DNA from: Asterias rubens
Taxonomy: Eukaryota
DNA: 64,000 nucleotides
Assembly: GCF_902459465.1 (NCBI RefSeq)
Contig: NC_047079.1
Coordinates: 7,316,001-7,380,000, forward strand
Reading direction: 5' to 3'
Translations under genes and position numbers: made by a program
Notes under the pieces: model-generated
What the model was told of the DNA's origin: nothing
Seen by the model: only the letters and a program-made list of their open reading frames with translations
The model's database searches: none
Part shown: positions 33,772 through 43,937 of the stretch, one piece after another
How positions within the stretch are numbered: position 1 is the first letter of the stretch
How the letters are laid out: each line of letters begins with the position of its first letter

Positions 33772-35655
33772 CTACATGGTCTTGTAGGAGATGGTTTCGT
33801 AAGTTTCAAAGTCATCAATCTCTCGAGCCTCGTCGGATTGATCAAGCTGACAAGAGGACCCGCCAAGTCCAACCTCTCCAACTGTCATGTAACTTGGTAG
33901 AGTAATAGGCACCCTGGCTTCATTACTCCCGGTGGTTGGTGTAACACGCGCTGTAAGCTTACTCTTTAGAAGCTGGTTTTTCAATGGGACTTTTGGTTTG
34001 GTAGGCCTAGGGTTAGAAGGCTTGATTCTTACCGAGTCGAGACTGCCGCCAGGGTTGACTTTTTCAGGGTCAGGATTGGCTGGGTGGGATGTCTCCTTTG
34101 TTGTTGAGCTCACTGCATGCTTTAGGGGGTGCTGTACATCAGGGGAAGGGGGCGCACCGATTAAATGATAGTCGGGTACTTGGAGTGGATTGGTATCCTC
34201 AACCTGAACTGAAGCTTCGACCTCTGGGTGCTTAACATCAGTGGAAGACTCGCAGCAAGCCCCATGGTCGGTCACGACTGGGAGTGGACGGCTGGTAGCC
34301 CCTATCTGTACTGGGGGTGGACGGCTGGTAGCCCCAATCTGTACTGGCGCTTCAACCCGGGATACAGTAACCGTGGTCGTGTCGCTATCTACTGCGGTAC
34401 CTACTGTGGTGTTCTCAATCGGGCTGTAGTGATTCGGACTTGGGTCAACGCTTGCCTGATTGGTCTGCTCTATGTCATCGTTACTTGACATGGTGTGAGG
34501 AGCAACACTAGTGGTGGGTCTGTAAATCTTCCTGTTCCTCCTGATGACTACAATGATGATTATGGTTACCAAAATGAGAGCTGATACAACGATGATGATT
34601 ATGAGCGCGATTGGGATAACCCAAGCTCCATTGGTCTTACCGGTGCGATTGCACTCTTCAATGTTCCCTGCCACAAAACGGCCGTCGGTACATTGCAATA
34701 TAGTCACTGGTTCACTCATCTTGCTCATACCGATGTCATTATGAGCTGTGCACCTCACCTGTAGACCAGCATCTCTCTCTGTGATGTTGTACACGATGAG
34801 CATATTCGATGTCAACTCAAAACCTCTTCGACTTTCGTTGCGAACATCCACCCAAGTTTGATCTGAGTCGTTCTGGAAGCTGGTATCGACGGCCCAGTCG
34901 AACTCCGTTGCCTCAGGAACCGCCTCCGCATCACATTCTAATCTTAGAGAAAAATTTTGAGAGTCAAAACCGAGAAAATTTACGGTAACGATCATGTCAA
35001 TTTGGAGGGGTGTCACTGTGCAGTTTGGTCCCTCTGTTGGCTGACCGGCAACACATATAAACTTCTTGTAGTTGTCTGTCTCTTTCAATACTAACTGTAC
35101 GGTGTGTGATGAACCAGGCTCGACGTTGCGTGTTATATTTGGGGTTATACGCCATGTTAGTTTAGTTGAAACAACACTCTCTACTGGAACTTTGCAGCTC
35201 AAAGAAACTTTGTCTCCTACCACAGTGTTTTTGGATGAAGTTGAACACATTGGAGTTGGTGGATTCACTACCTGCAAATGTGCACAGTTTGAAAAGTTAT
35301 TTTTGTCTGTATTAAGCCAACACGCGTACATCCCAGCGTCACCAAGTTGTACATTGCTTATTTGGAACTGACTGGATTTGTTCTGAAACAAGATGGAGAA
35401 CCGAGTGGTATCCACACCAGGATTCAAAGTTGGTGCAAGGCACGTCCCAATAGTCAAATAAGAACCACTGTCGCAACCTGACTTCGAATATACCCAGGAA
35501 ACACCGCCACACTCGTAGTCTTGGTTGAAGACGCACTTAAATGTTGCAACGCCCCCAACGGCAACCGTAACATTTTCTGGATCTGCCAAGAAAATGATAG
35601 CTCCTATAAACGACACCTTTAAGCAGCAGAGGATAAAGACAACCGCTGTTTCCAT
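33772..35655 (-). CDS. Intronless type-I Ig receptor, paralogue A (V-like + 2 Ig domains + TM + long Pro/Ser/Thr tail with YxxPhi motifs)
   Basis: The ORF extends to 35721, but paralogues start at MET (35655). Signal peptide METAVVFILCCLKVSFIGA; D1 FKC..SW..DAGMYAC; TM AWVIPIALIIIIVVSALILVTIIIIVVI; tail YSPI, YHLI, YMTV, YETI and YKTM. Confidence 0.9.
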   Translation of the reverse strand: METAVVFILCCLKVSFIGAIIFLADPENVTVAVGGVATFKCVFNQDYECGGVSWVYSKSGCDSGSYLTIGTCLAPTLNPGVDTTRFSILFQNKSSQFQISNVQLGDAGMYACWLNTDKNNFSNCAHLQVVNPPTPMCSTSSKNTVVGDKVSLSCKVPVESVVSTKLTWRITPNITRNVEPGSSHTVQLVLKETDNYKKFICVAGQPTEGPNCTVTPLQIDMIVTVNFLGFDSQNFSLRLECDAEAVPEATEFDWAVDTSFQNDSDQTWVDVRNESRRGFELTSNMLIVYNITERDAGLQVRCTAHNDIGMSKMSEPVTILQCTDGRFVAGNIEECNRTGKTNGAWVIPIALIIIIVVSALILVTIIIIVVIRRNRKIYRPTTSVAPHTMSSNDDIEQTNQASVDPSPNHYSPIENTTVGTAVDSDTTTVTVSRVEAPVQIGATSRPPPVQIGATSRPLPVVTDHGACCESSTDVKHPEVEASVQVEDTNPLQVPDYHLIGAPPSPDVQHPLKHAVSSTTKETSHPANPDPEKVNPGGSLDSVRIKPSNPRPTKPKVPLKNQLLKSKLTARVTPTTGSNEARVPITLPSYMTVGEVGLGGSSCQLDQSDEAREIDDFETYETISYKTM

Positions 35656-36241
35656 TTTAGTAGTGATCGAGTTGACGGCTGCAGCTATAATGACCGAATT
35701 GCTTGCAACATTGTTGTCCATTATATACCAGCTTTATTTGTACACGCCATCGGGAGGTCGTTTCCTGCTTACTGATTATCACTTTCGATATGACAGGGCT
35801 TCATCATTTTCTGCCCTACTTTTTACCGCTCCCTTTTCACATCTTGTTATTTCTCTTCTTCCCTTCCCCTTCTTTCATTTTCTTTAATTTTTCTTTTTCT
35901 ATAAATAGTAAACTTTGTTTTGCTTTCAGTCATCAGAGAATCACATACTGATTTTTGTTATGAACCTATTCGATTTGATTTTCATTTTCTGTATTTTTTG
36001 TTGGTCTCCCTCATTACCAATTCTTCTTCATCTTCTTTTTTCTTTCTATTCTCCGTCAAGTAGAAATTTTTCATGCTATGTATCTATTTATTTTACTTAT
36101 TTATAGAAAGCTGAAAATGATGGTTTTAACAGATCTGATTTTCGGGTCACAGCTGGAAATTCGTTTGATACAAATTTTGTGTGAGTCCGAACAGAGACAA
36201 TCCCTCAGATTGTTTCGTCGCTCATTGTTTGTTATGAATAT

Positions 36242-39200
36242 TCATGAGCTTTGTAGCCGCATGTACTCATGCGCAGTCGTCTCTCTATCACCAAGTTCCA
36301 TGTATTCTCTATCCCCGGGAAGCTCGTACTCCCCACCGTCTGGTTCCCTGACGTCAGACACAGCTTTTCTGTCACTTTGTCGAGCTGAAACCTTCTTGAC
36401 GAGTCGACCTAATCGACGATCCATTCTCATTTTCCGTGGTATCGCGGTTTCTCGTTGTATCTCACGAGATTGGGATTCTTGATATTTGGGGACTTGGTAC
36501 CCTTCGTCGTCTATCACCCTCCCGTCTGAACCTCCTGCCTCCTCTGACGTCATCGGTGTGTCACGTGGTCCTTCTGAAGCAGAGACGGCGCCCATTGGTG
36601 ATGAGATGGGCGCCATTATAGTTCCAATAGAAGTTGCGTAATAACTCGTCTGGCATCCTTCTCCTTGCAAGCCTTGCCTTTGGTGTGTTAGCTTAACAGG
36701 GGTTTTAGGGGCTGCCAGAATCTTCTGTCTTTTAATTATGCAGACGACCATTGGCATAACAGTTACAGACACTGATAAAATTGCAATGACCACCCACACG
36801 TAAAAGGGTATTGGCTGACTGCATTTCTCTGTGCACCCAGACACGCCACAGTCGTCGGTACATTGCAATATAGTCACTGGTTCACTCGTCTTGCTCATAC
36901 CGATGTCATTATGAGCTGTGCACCTCACCTGTAGACCAGCATCTCTCTCTGTGATGTTATACACGGTGAGTAGATTCGATGTCAACTCAAAACCTCCTCG
37001 AGTTTCGTTGCGAACATCCACCCAAGCTCGATTTGAGTCGTTCTGGGACCCGGTCTCGACGGCCCAGTCGAACTCCGTTGCCTTAGGAACCGCCTCCGCA
37101 TCACATTCTAATCTTAGAGAAGAATGTTGAGAGTCAAAATCGAGAAAATTCACGTTAACGATCATGTCAATTTTGAGGGGTGTCACTGTGCAGTTTGGTC
37201 CCTCTGTTGGCTGACTGCCGGCAACACATATAAACTTCTTGTTAGTCGACTCCCGTTATAACGAGGTCCGCCGGACTGGCCCATTTTCCTCGTATTATCC
37301 GAACCTCGTTATAAACGCAGCGCGCTAAATATAGATACACACGTCATCATTGTGCATGCACACAACACGTGTATGTGCATATACATTGTACACAACACGT
37401 GTACGTGTATATACACTTGTGTTAGCCTGCACGGAGCTGTTTGCTTATCAGAACAGCTATTACGAGCATCTTGTACACAAGAATATCATTGCTAAATGTC
37501 TTTTATTGAGTGATTAATCAGGGAAATGTAATATTTTGTACAATTTATGATAACAATATAGCAAAGAGATGTCAACTTGCCGTTCAGAGCGAGTGGATTC
37601 TGCCGCGTAGCGCATGGTATGAACATGATGCATGCACTGAACGTTCATTTTCGTTGGTGATCGACATGGAGTATCATGATAACAGCATGTCAAGCGTGGG
37701 ACACCAGCGAGATGTTTCTGGAGTTCCGTTGCACATGGACTGAAGGGAGTGATGATTGTATAAAGGAGCTTGTTTCAGTTGTTTGCCGTTTCCTTTTTTA
37801 GCTGTTCCGATCCAGTTGTTTTGTTTCATTTTTCAATTTCTCCTTTTAATTCTTATAACAGTATTTAATTCATTAAATCTTTGTGTATCTGTGTCTTTTA
37901 AAATAATTTTCTTTTTGATTTATATTATTGATTTAATAAAATCTTTGCGTATCTGTGTCTTTTAAACCATCTCTATCTTTTGATGTGATTGAATTAAATA
38001 TTCCGGACGGGCAACCTTTGTTTTTTTCTTTCTTTTCTTAAAAAAAAAACATTTTTGGAAACGGGGGAATCTTTATTCATTGAATTGTTATTATTGAATT
38101 AATAATAATATTTTTCATTGAAAAAGGGGCTCTACTAAAAAAAAAAAACTCGAACAGCGGTGACGTTTTTGAAGTTTTGCATGGATGATACGAGCAAGGA
38201 ATAATCATTAGAACCCCCAAATACTGCCGAGTGCGTTCGCCGACATGAATTTATTAAGAAAGCGGCATGTTTTTGAAATTGAGAAGGATTGTCGTCAGTG
38301 GTTTTGAGCCACGCGCGTGATTTAAGCCCTCTATTGTCTGCTTGGGTAAACCAGTCCGTTGAATAGACTGGTGGCACTCTACGAGCACCATGCAATTATC
38401 ACCTCTATTGTATTGATCATGGGGTTTAAGGGCTTCATGTCATTTCTCAACCTTGACGAAGGTAAGCTTTTTTTACACACTTATTCCAGGCCCTCGCTCC
38501 AAACGTCTGAAAACAATACATTTTGTCTCCAAGGGACCGCAAAATTACCTCGTTATAACCGTGTTCTCGCTACTTCCGTGCTCGTATAATCCATATTTTA
38601 ATGCATTGAAACACGCACGGGGCAGTTCGGGACCGGCAAAAAACCTCGTAATAACCGGAACCTCGTTACATGCGAGCTCGTAATAACGGGAGTCGACTGT
38701 AGTTGTCTGCCTCGTTCAATACTAAATGTACGGTGTGCGATGAACCAGGCTCGACGTTGCGTGTTATCTTAGGGGTACGCCATGTTAGTTTAGTTGAAAC
38801 AACACTCTCTACTGGAACTTTGCAGTTCAAAGAAACTGTGTCTCCTACCACAGTGTTTTTGGATGAAGTTGAACACATTGGAGTTGGTGGATTCACTACC
38901 TGCAAATATGCACAGTTTGAAATAATGTTTATGTCTGTAAGCCAACACGCGTACATCCCAGCATCACTGAATTGTACATTGTTAATCTGGAACTGACTGG
39001 AATTATCATTAAACGAGAATGAAAACCGAGTGGTATCTACACCAGGAAGCAAAGTTGGTGAACGGCATACGCCGATACTTGCTAAGGAATCTCTGTCGCA
39101 ACCTGACTTCGAAGATACCCAACCAACAAATCCACACTCGTAGTCCTGGTTTAAGGCACACTTAAATGTTGCAACGCCCCCAACGGCAACCGTAACATTT

Positions 39201-39280
39201 TCTGGATCTGCCAAGAAAATGATAGCTCCTATAAACGACACCTTTAAGCAGCAGAGGATAAAGATAAGCGCTGTTTCCAT
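36242..39280 (-). pseudogene. Ig receptor paralogue B, split by a 1.46-kb transposon insertion in Ig domain 2
   Basis: The 5' ORF 39280-38666 (signal, D1, D2 up to EADNY) and the 3' part 37242-36242 (KKFICVAG...D3, TM, tail) join into a colinear paralogue once 37243-38699 is removed. Confidence 0.88.
37243..38699. mobile_element. Non-autonomous Tc1/mariner (pogo/Tigger-like) element
   Basis: TIRs (T/C)AGTCGACTCCCGTTATAACGAG and CTCGTAATAACGGGAGTCGACTG, followed by TA at 38700-38701. The intact paralogue reads CTTCTTG-TA-GTTGTC at this site. Subterminal CCTCGTTATA repeats are present. No transposase ORF was seen. Confidence 0.85.
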
Positions 39281-39871
39281 TTTAGTAGTTACCGAGTTGA
39301 AAGCAGCAGCTATAATGAACGAATTGCTTATTGACCATTATATATACCAGCTATATATTTGTTCATGCCATCGCGGGAGGTCGTTTCCTGCTTACTGATT
39401 ATCACTTTCGATATTACGGGGCTTCGCCATATTATTTCTGTCCTACTTTACCGCTCCCTTTTCACATATTTCTCTTCCTTTCCTTCCCCTTCTTTCATTT
39501 TCTTTAATTTTTCTTTTTCTATAAAAAGTATTGCTTTGCTTTCAGTCTTCAAGAATCACATACTGATTTTTGTTATGAACTCTTAAGATTTGATTTCCAT
39601 TTTCTTTCTTTTTTTCGTCTCCCTTTTTTCCTAATTCTTCTTCATCTTCTTTTTTTCTTTCTATTCCTCGTCAAGTAGATATTTTTCTGTTTACCTATTA
39701 ATTTTGTTAACTTAATTTTTGTATAAAAAGCTGATGAGTAATGATGATTTTGACAGATTTGATAGTCGGCTCACAGCTGGAGATTCGATTGAAATGAATT
39801 GTTGTCTGAGTCCAGACTAGACAGAGACAACCCCTCTATTCGTTTCGTCACTAATTGTTTGTTATGAATAT

Positions 39872-41503
39872 TCATGAGCTATGTAGCCCCATGTACTCAT
39901 GCGCAGTCGTCTCTCTATCACAAAGATCCATGTATTCTCTATCCCCGGGAAGTTCATATTCCCCATCGTCTGGCTCACTGACGTCAGACACAGCTTTTCT
40001 GTCACTTTGTCGAGCTGAAACCTTCTTGATGAGTCGACCTGATCGACTATCCATACTCAATATGCGTGGTATCGCGGTTTCTCGTTGTATCTCACGAGGT
40101 TGAGATTCGTGATATTTTGGGACTTGGTACCCGTCGTCGTCCATAATCATCCCGTCTGAACCTCCTGCCTCCTCTGACGTCATCCTCCCGTCTGAACCTC
40201 CTGCCTCCTCTGACGTCATCGGGGTGTCATGTGGTCCTTCCGAAGCAGAGACGGCGACCATTTGTGAGATTGGCACCATTCTAGTATCAATAGAAGTTGC
40301 GTAAAAACTCGTCTGGCATCCTTCTCCTTGTAAGCCTTGCCTTTGATGGGTTGGCTTAATTGGGGTTTTAGGGGCTGCCAGAATATTCTGTCTTTTAATG
40401 ATGCAGACGACCATTGTCATAACAGTTACAGACACTGATAAAATTGCAATGACCACCCACACGTAAAAGGGTATTGGCTGACTGCATTTCTCTGTGCATC
40501 CAGACACGCAACAGTCGTCGAGACTTTGCAATACAGTAACTGGCTCACTCGTTTCGCCAACTATGACGTCATTATGAGCTGTGCATCTTACCTGCAGACC
40601 AGTGCCATTTTCGTAAACATATTTCTTGACCATCACTAGAAATCTTTCTGCCTCGATAAACTCATATGTGTTGGATGCATTAATGTTCTTCCATTCCATC
40701 GACGGATCTTTAACCAACCAATCATACCTCGTAACCGCTGGTACCGCGAACGCAACACATTCTAAAAGAAACGTCGACTCGGAACCGTCTTCATCCGGGA
40801 GGATACCAATATGAACCTTGACCCTGGTCGTCATAGGAACCCTCAGTGGTGAAGCCACCGTGCAGTTCGGACCTTTGTCTGTATTGTAACCAGCAATGCA
40901 CATGAACTGTCCGTTATTATCTGTTTCTGTGAGAACATGCAGGGTAACTAACTCCATTGCGCTTTGTGTCGTTCTGATTATGCGCGTTGGCTCCACTGAC
41001 CAGGTAAGTTGTGTACCGACTGTCAGGTTTTCCGGCACTTTACAGGTCAGCATAACAGTTTCCCCTAGCGCGGCATTTTCGTGTGGGTAAACCGTACATA
41101 CAGGAGTAGGGGTTTGGACAACCTGCAAATGTGCACAGTTTGAAACTTTGTTTATGTCTGTAAGCCAACACGCGTACATCCCAGCATCACTGAATTGTAC
41201 ATTGTTAATCTGGAACTGACTGGAGTTGCCAGTGAACGAGAAGGAGAACCGAGTGGTATCCACTCCAGGATCCAAACTTGGTGTACGGCATACGCCAATA
41301 CTGGAATAAGAACTTGTGTCGCAACCTGATTTCGAATATACCCAGGCAACACTTCCACACTCGTAGTCTTGGTTGAAGACGCACTTAAATGTTGCAACGC
41401 CCCCAACGGTAACCGTAACATTTTCTGTATCTGCCAAGAAAATGCTAGCTCCTATAAACGACACCTTTAAGCAGCAGAGGATAAAGAAAACCACTGTTTC
41501 CAT
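39872..41503 (-). CDS. Intronless type-I Ig receptor, paralogue C, with an ITAM-like tail, 543 aa
   Basis: Signal peptide, 3 Ig domains, Cys-rich stalk DDCCVSGCTEKC and TM FYVWVVIAILSVSVTVMTMVVCII. The tail ends YELPGDREYMDLCDRETTAHEYMGLHSS. Confidence 0.92.
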   Translation of the reverse strand: METVVFFILCCLKVSFIGASIFLADTENVTVTVGGVATFKCVFNQDYECGSVAWVYSKSGCDTSSYSSIGVCRTPSLDPGVDTTRFSFSFTGNSSQFQINNVQFSDAGMYACWLTDINKVSNCAHLQVVQTPTPVCTVYPHENAALGETVMLTCKVPENLTVGTQLTWSVEPTRIIRTTQSAMELVTLHVLTETDNNGQFMCIAGYNTDKGPNCTVASPLRVPMTTRVKVHIGILPDEDGSESTFLLECVAFAVPAVTRYDWLVKDPSMEWKNINASNTYEFIEAERFLVMVKKYVYENGTGLQVRCTAHNDVIVGETSEPVTVLQSLDDCCVSGCTEKCSQPIPFYVWVVIAILSVSVTVMTMVVCIIKRQNILAAPKTPIKPTHQRQGLQGEGCQTSFYATSIDTRMVPISQMVAVSASEGPHDTPMTSEEAGGSDGRMTSEEAGGSDGMIMDDDGYQVPKYHESQPREIQRETAIPRILSMDSRSGRLIKKVSARQSDRKAVSDVSEPDDGEYELPGDREYMDLCDRETTAHEYMGLHSS

Positions 41504-41862
41504 TTTAGTAGTGATCGAGTTGATAACAACAGCTATACTGACGGCTCAGTGCCAATTCCCACACCAACTAAATTGAACCGTTCAAAGGTAAATTCTTCCG
41601 TCCCTGGCTTTCATTTTCGTTTTTTAAATATTTATTTCCTTTTGGAAATTTACCTTTTTGTGTCTGTTGCCATAGCGGGCGCAAAATTAACTGGCTCTGG
41701 GGAATCTTTATCAAAAGCAGCCTTTTGGCGTAAGTATGTTTTGCTCAGGAACCCGGCTAATTTGCATGTTGGCGAAGCAAGCAGTGACAGAGTGTTTGCA
41801 TGCCTTAGACTTTTATTAGAACTGCAAAATGTAAAAATCAAGACGTGAACAGGAATAGGCTG

Positions 41863-42114
41863 CTATAGGTCCGGTGCGAGAGGAGATGTCTCTCTGTAAA
41901 CGGTCGTTGATGTTGAGGTTCCATTGGCCTCCGCCTCATAGTAACGAATCCAGACTATTCTCTCGCATGTTTGCGTCCGGCATGTGAACGTCGCGTTGCC
42001 TCCAACTTCGACAGTAACATCATTCGGTTGTATAGAAAACACGCCATTTGATGATGAAGGCCCAAGTACGAATATTTGGATGCCACAGATAAGCAGTAAA
42101 ATGCATAAAGCCAT
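41863..42114 (-). pseudogene. 5'-only fragment of a duplicate of the 28546-29991 Ig gene
   Basis: MALCILLLICGIQIFVLG...YYEAEANGT is nearly identical to the N-terminus of the 481-aa gene. Homology stops at about 41887 and the ORF ends in unrelated sequence (SPLAPDL). Confidence 0.85.
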
Positions 42115-43280
42115 TTTAATTCAGGGAGTTTATCAATTAAAACAACAACTGAGTCCAGAAGACGCCTTATAGGTAGCTTGGGCATGTGGATGAAATGATT
42201 CTGTTATTTCAAATTGACTTATTACAACTAAAATTGTGGTTCGTTGCTCAGTGAAGATGTTTCCCTTTTCGTTTGCATCAATTTCAGTTTTGCATTCGAT
42301 GTGACTTATTTCAATATTGTTATACGATTATTTGATTTTACTTTCTTTTACTCCCAAGAGTGCACTGTGATGTCAGTTTGTTACACTTGAAAATTAACAA
42401 CCTTGGCAAAATAGCGAAAGAGAAATAGTTTATAGAATGTGTCAATTAAAAGCTGAAACACAAAAAGTTCAAAACACCATAGAAGTTAAACAAAACATTG
42501 AAAAACTTGTAAAGTAGGTCTACTCTAGGCATGTGGCTCCCGGGCCCGTTTGATGATATGAAGTACCGATCAAAATACAGCATCTCTTACAGACGGGGTT
42601 AACCAAATTGACCAAAGTTGGACGAAGAAAAACCTTTCTAATTGGGAAGCAGCAATTAGCTAAATGAGTTGGTTACATCAGTTTGGTAGAATTGGAACTA
42701 TAATGTGAGGATCCTGCCTTATTGGCAATTCTGACCAATTTCAATCAAGAAACACAGAAATTCTACAATTTGATTAACTTGCAACTTGTTATGAACAACA
42801 TCTAATAAAAAACTTTAAAAAAAATCAAGAACAACTCATTCAGGTTTACATTTCCGGTGGGGGCGCCCTGCATTTCTTCCCAGCCAAAACATACCCATAA
42901 TATTTGAAATAAATGTTCATGTTTATAAAGGTGCAGTTATAATCATAATAGTGTGACAATAAAACTGCCTGTGAACGAAAATAAAACTTATTACAGGGTT
43001 TGGTCTCATAAAAAACAGTATTTCCCGTTTCCTGGTTGCAGCTTAAGTGTGTGAACAACTCGTTCAAATTGAGTGGCTGACACTTGACTATACTACTCTG
43101 GTTCTAAGAGCGAACAAAATAGCAACCTCTTTCGATTTTGGAACCACTCAATTGTTTAGATAGTGGTTGGATACAACAACACTTACATGGAAAAATCTCG
43201 TTATAAAAGGTGAGATGTCGCTGAAGATCAGGAGCAAATGCAAAAGGGAAACTCCCTGAAAGGAACACACAAACTTGATT

Positions 43281-43352
43281 TGCCAAGAAAATGCTAGCTC
43301 CTGTAAACGACACATTTAAGCAGCAGAGGATAAAGAAAACCGCTGTTTCCAT
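43281..43352 (-). pseudogene. Signal-peptide-only fragment of a MET-type Ig paralogue
   Basis: METAVFFILCCLNVSFTGASIFLA, then an abrupt switch at about 43275 into sequence homologous to 31092 and below. Confidence 0.8.
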
Positions 43353-43937
43353 TTTAGTAGTGATCGAGTTGAAAGCAGAAGCTATAATGACCGAATTGCT
43401 CATAACATTATTTGCCATTATACCAGCTATATTTGTACACGCCATCGGGAGGTCGTTTCCTGCTTACTGACTATTACCTTCGATATTACGGGGCTTCACC
43501 ATATTTCTGTCCTACTTTACCGCTCCCTTTTCACATATTTCTCTTCCTTTCCTTCCCCTTCTTTCATTTTCTTTAATTTTTCTTTTTCTATAAAAAGTAT
43601 TTATGCTTTGCTTTCAGTCTTCAAGAATCACATACTGATTTTTGTTATGAACCCTTTAGATTTGATTTCCATTTTCTTTCTTTTTTTCGTCTCCCTTTTT
43701 CCTAAATCTTCTTCATCTTCTTTTTTTCTTTCTATTCCCCGTCAAGTAGATATTTTTCTGTTTACCTATTTGTTAACTTAATTTTTGTATAAAAAGCTGA
43801 TGAGTAATGATGATTTTGACAGATTTGATAGTCGGCTCACAGCTGGAGATTCGATTAAAATGAATTGTTGTCTGAGTCCAGACTAGACAGAGACAACCCC
43901 TCTATTCGTTTCGTCAATAATTGTTTGTTATGAATAT

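Noticed and set aside
35656-35721. 22-aa N-terminal extension of paralogue A
   Set aside because: The upstream ATG is not in frame in B and is absent in C and D, and the signal peptide begins at MET (35655).
37510-38395. Transposase ORF inside the element splitting paralogue B
   Set aside because: Only short ORFs with no DDE/DDD or HTH motif were found, so the element is treated as non-autonomous.
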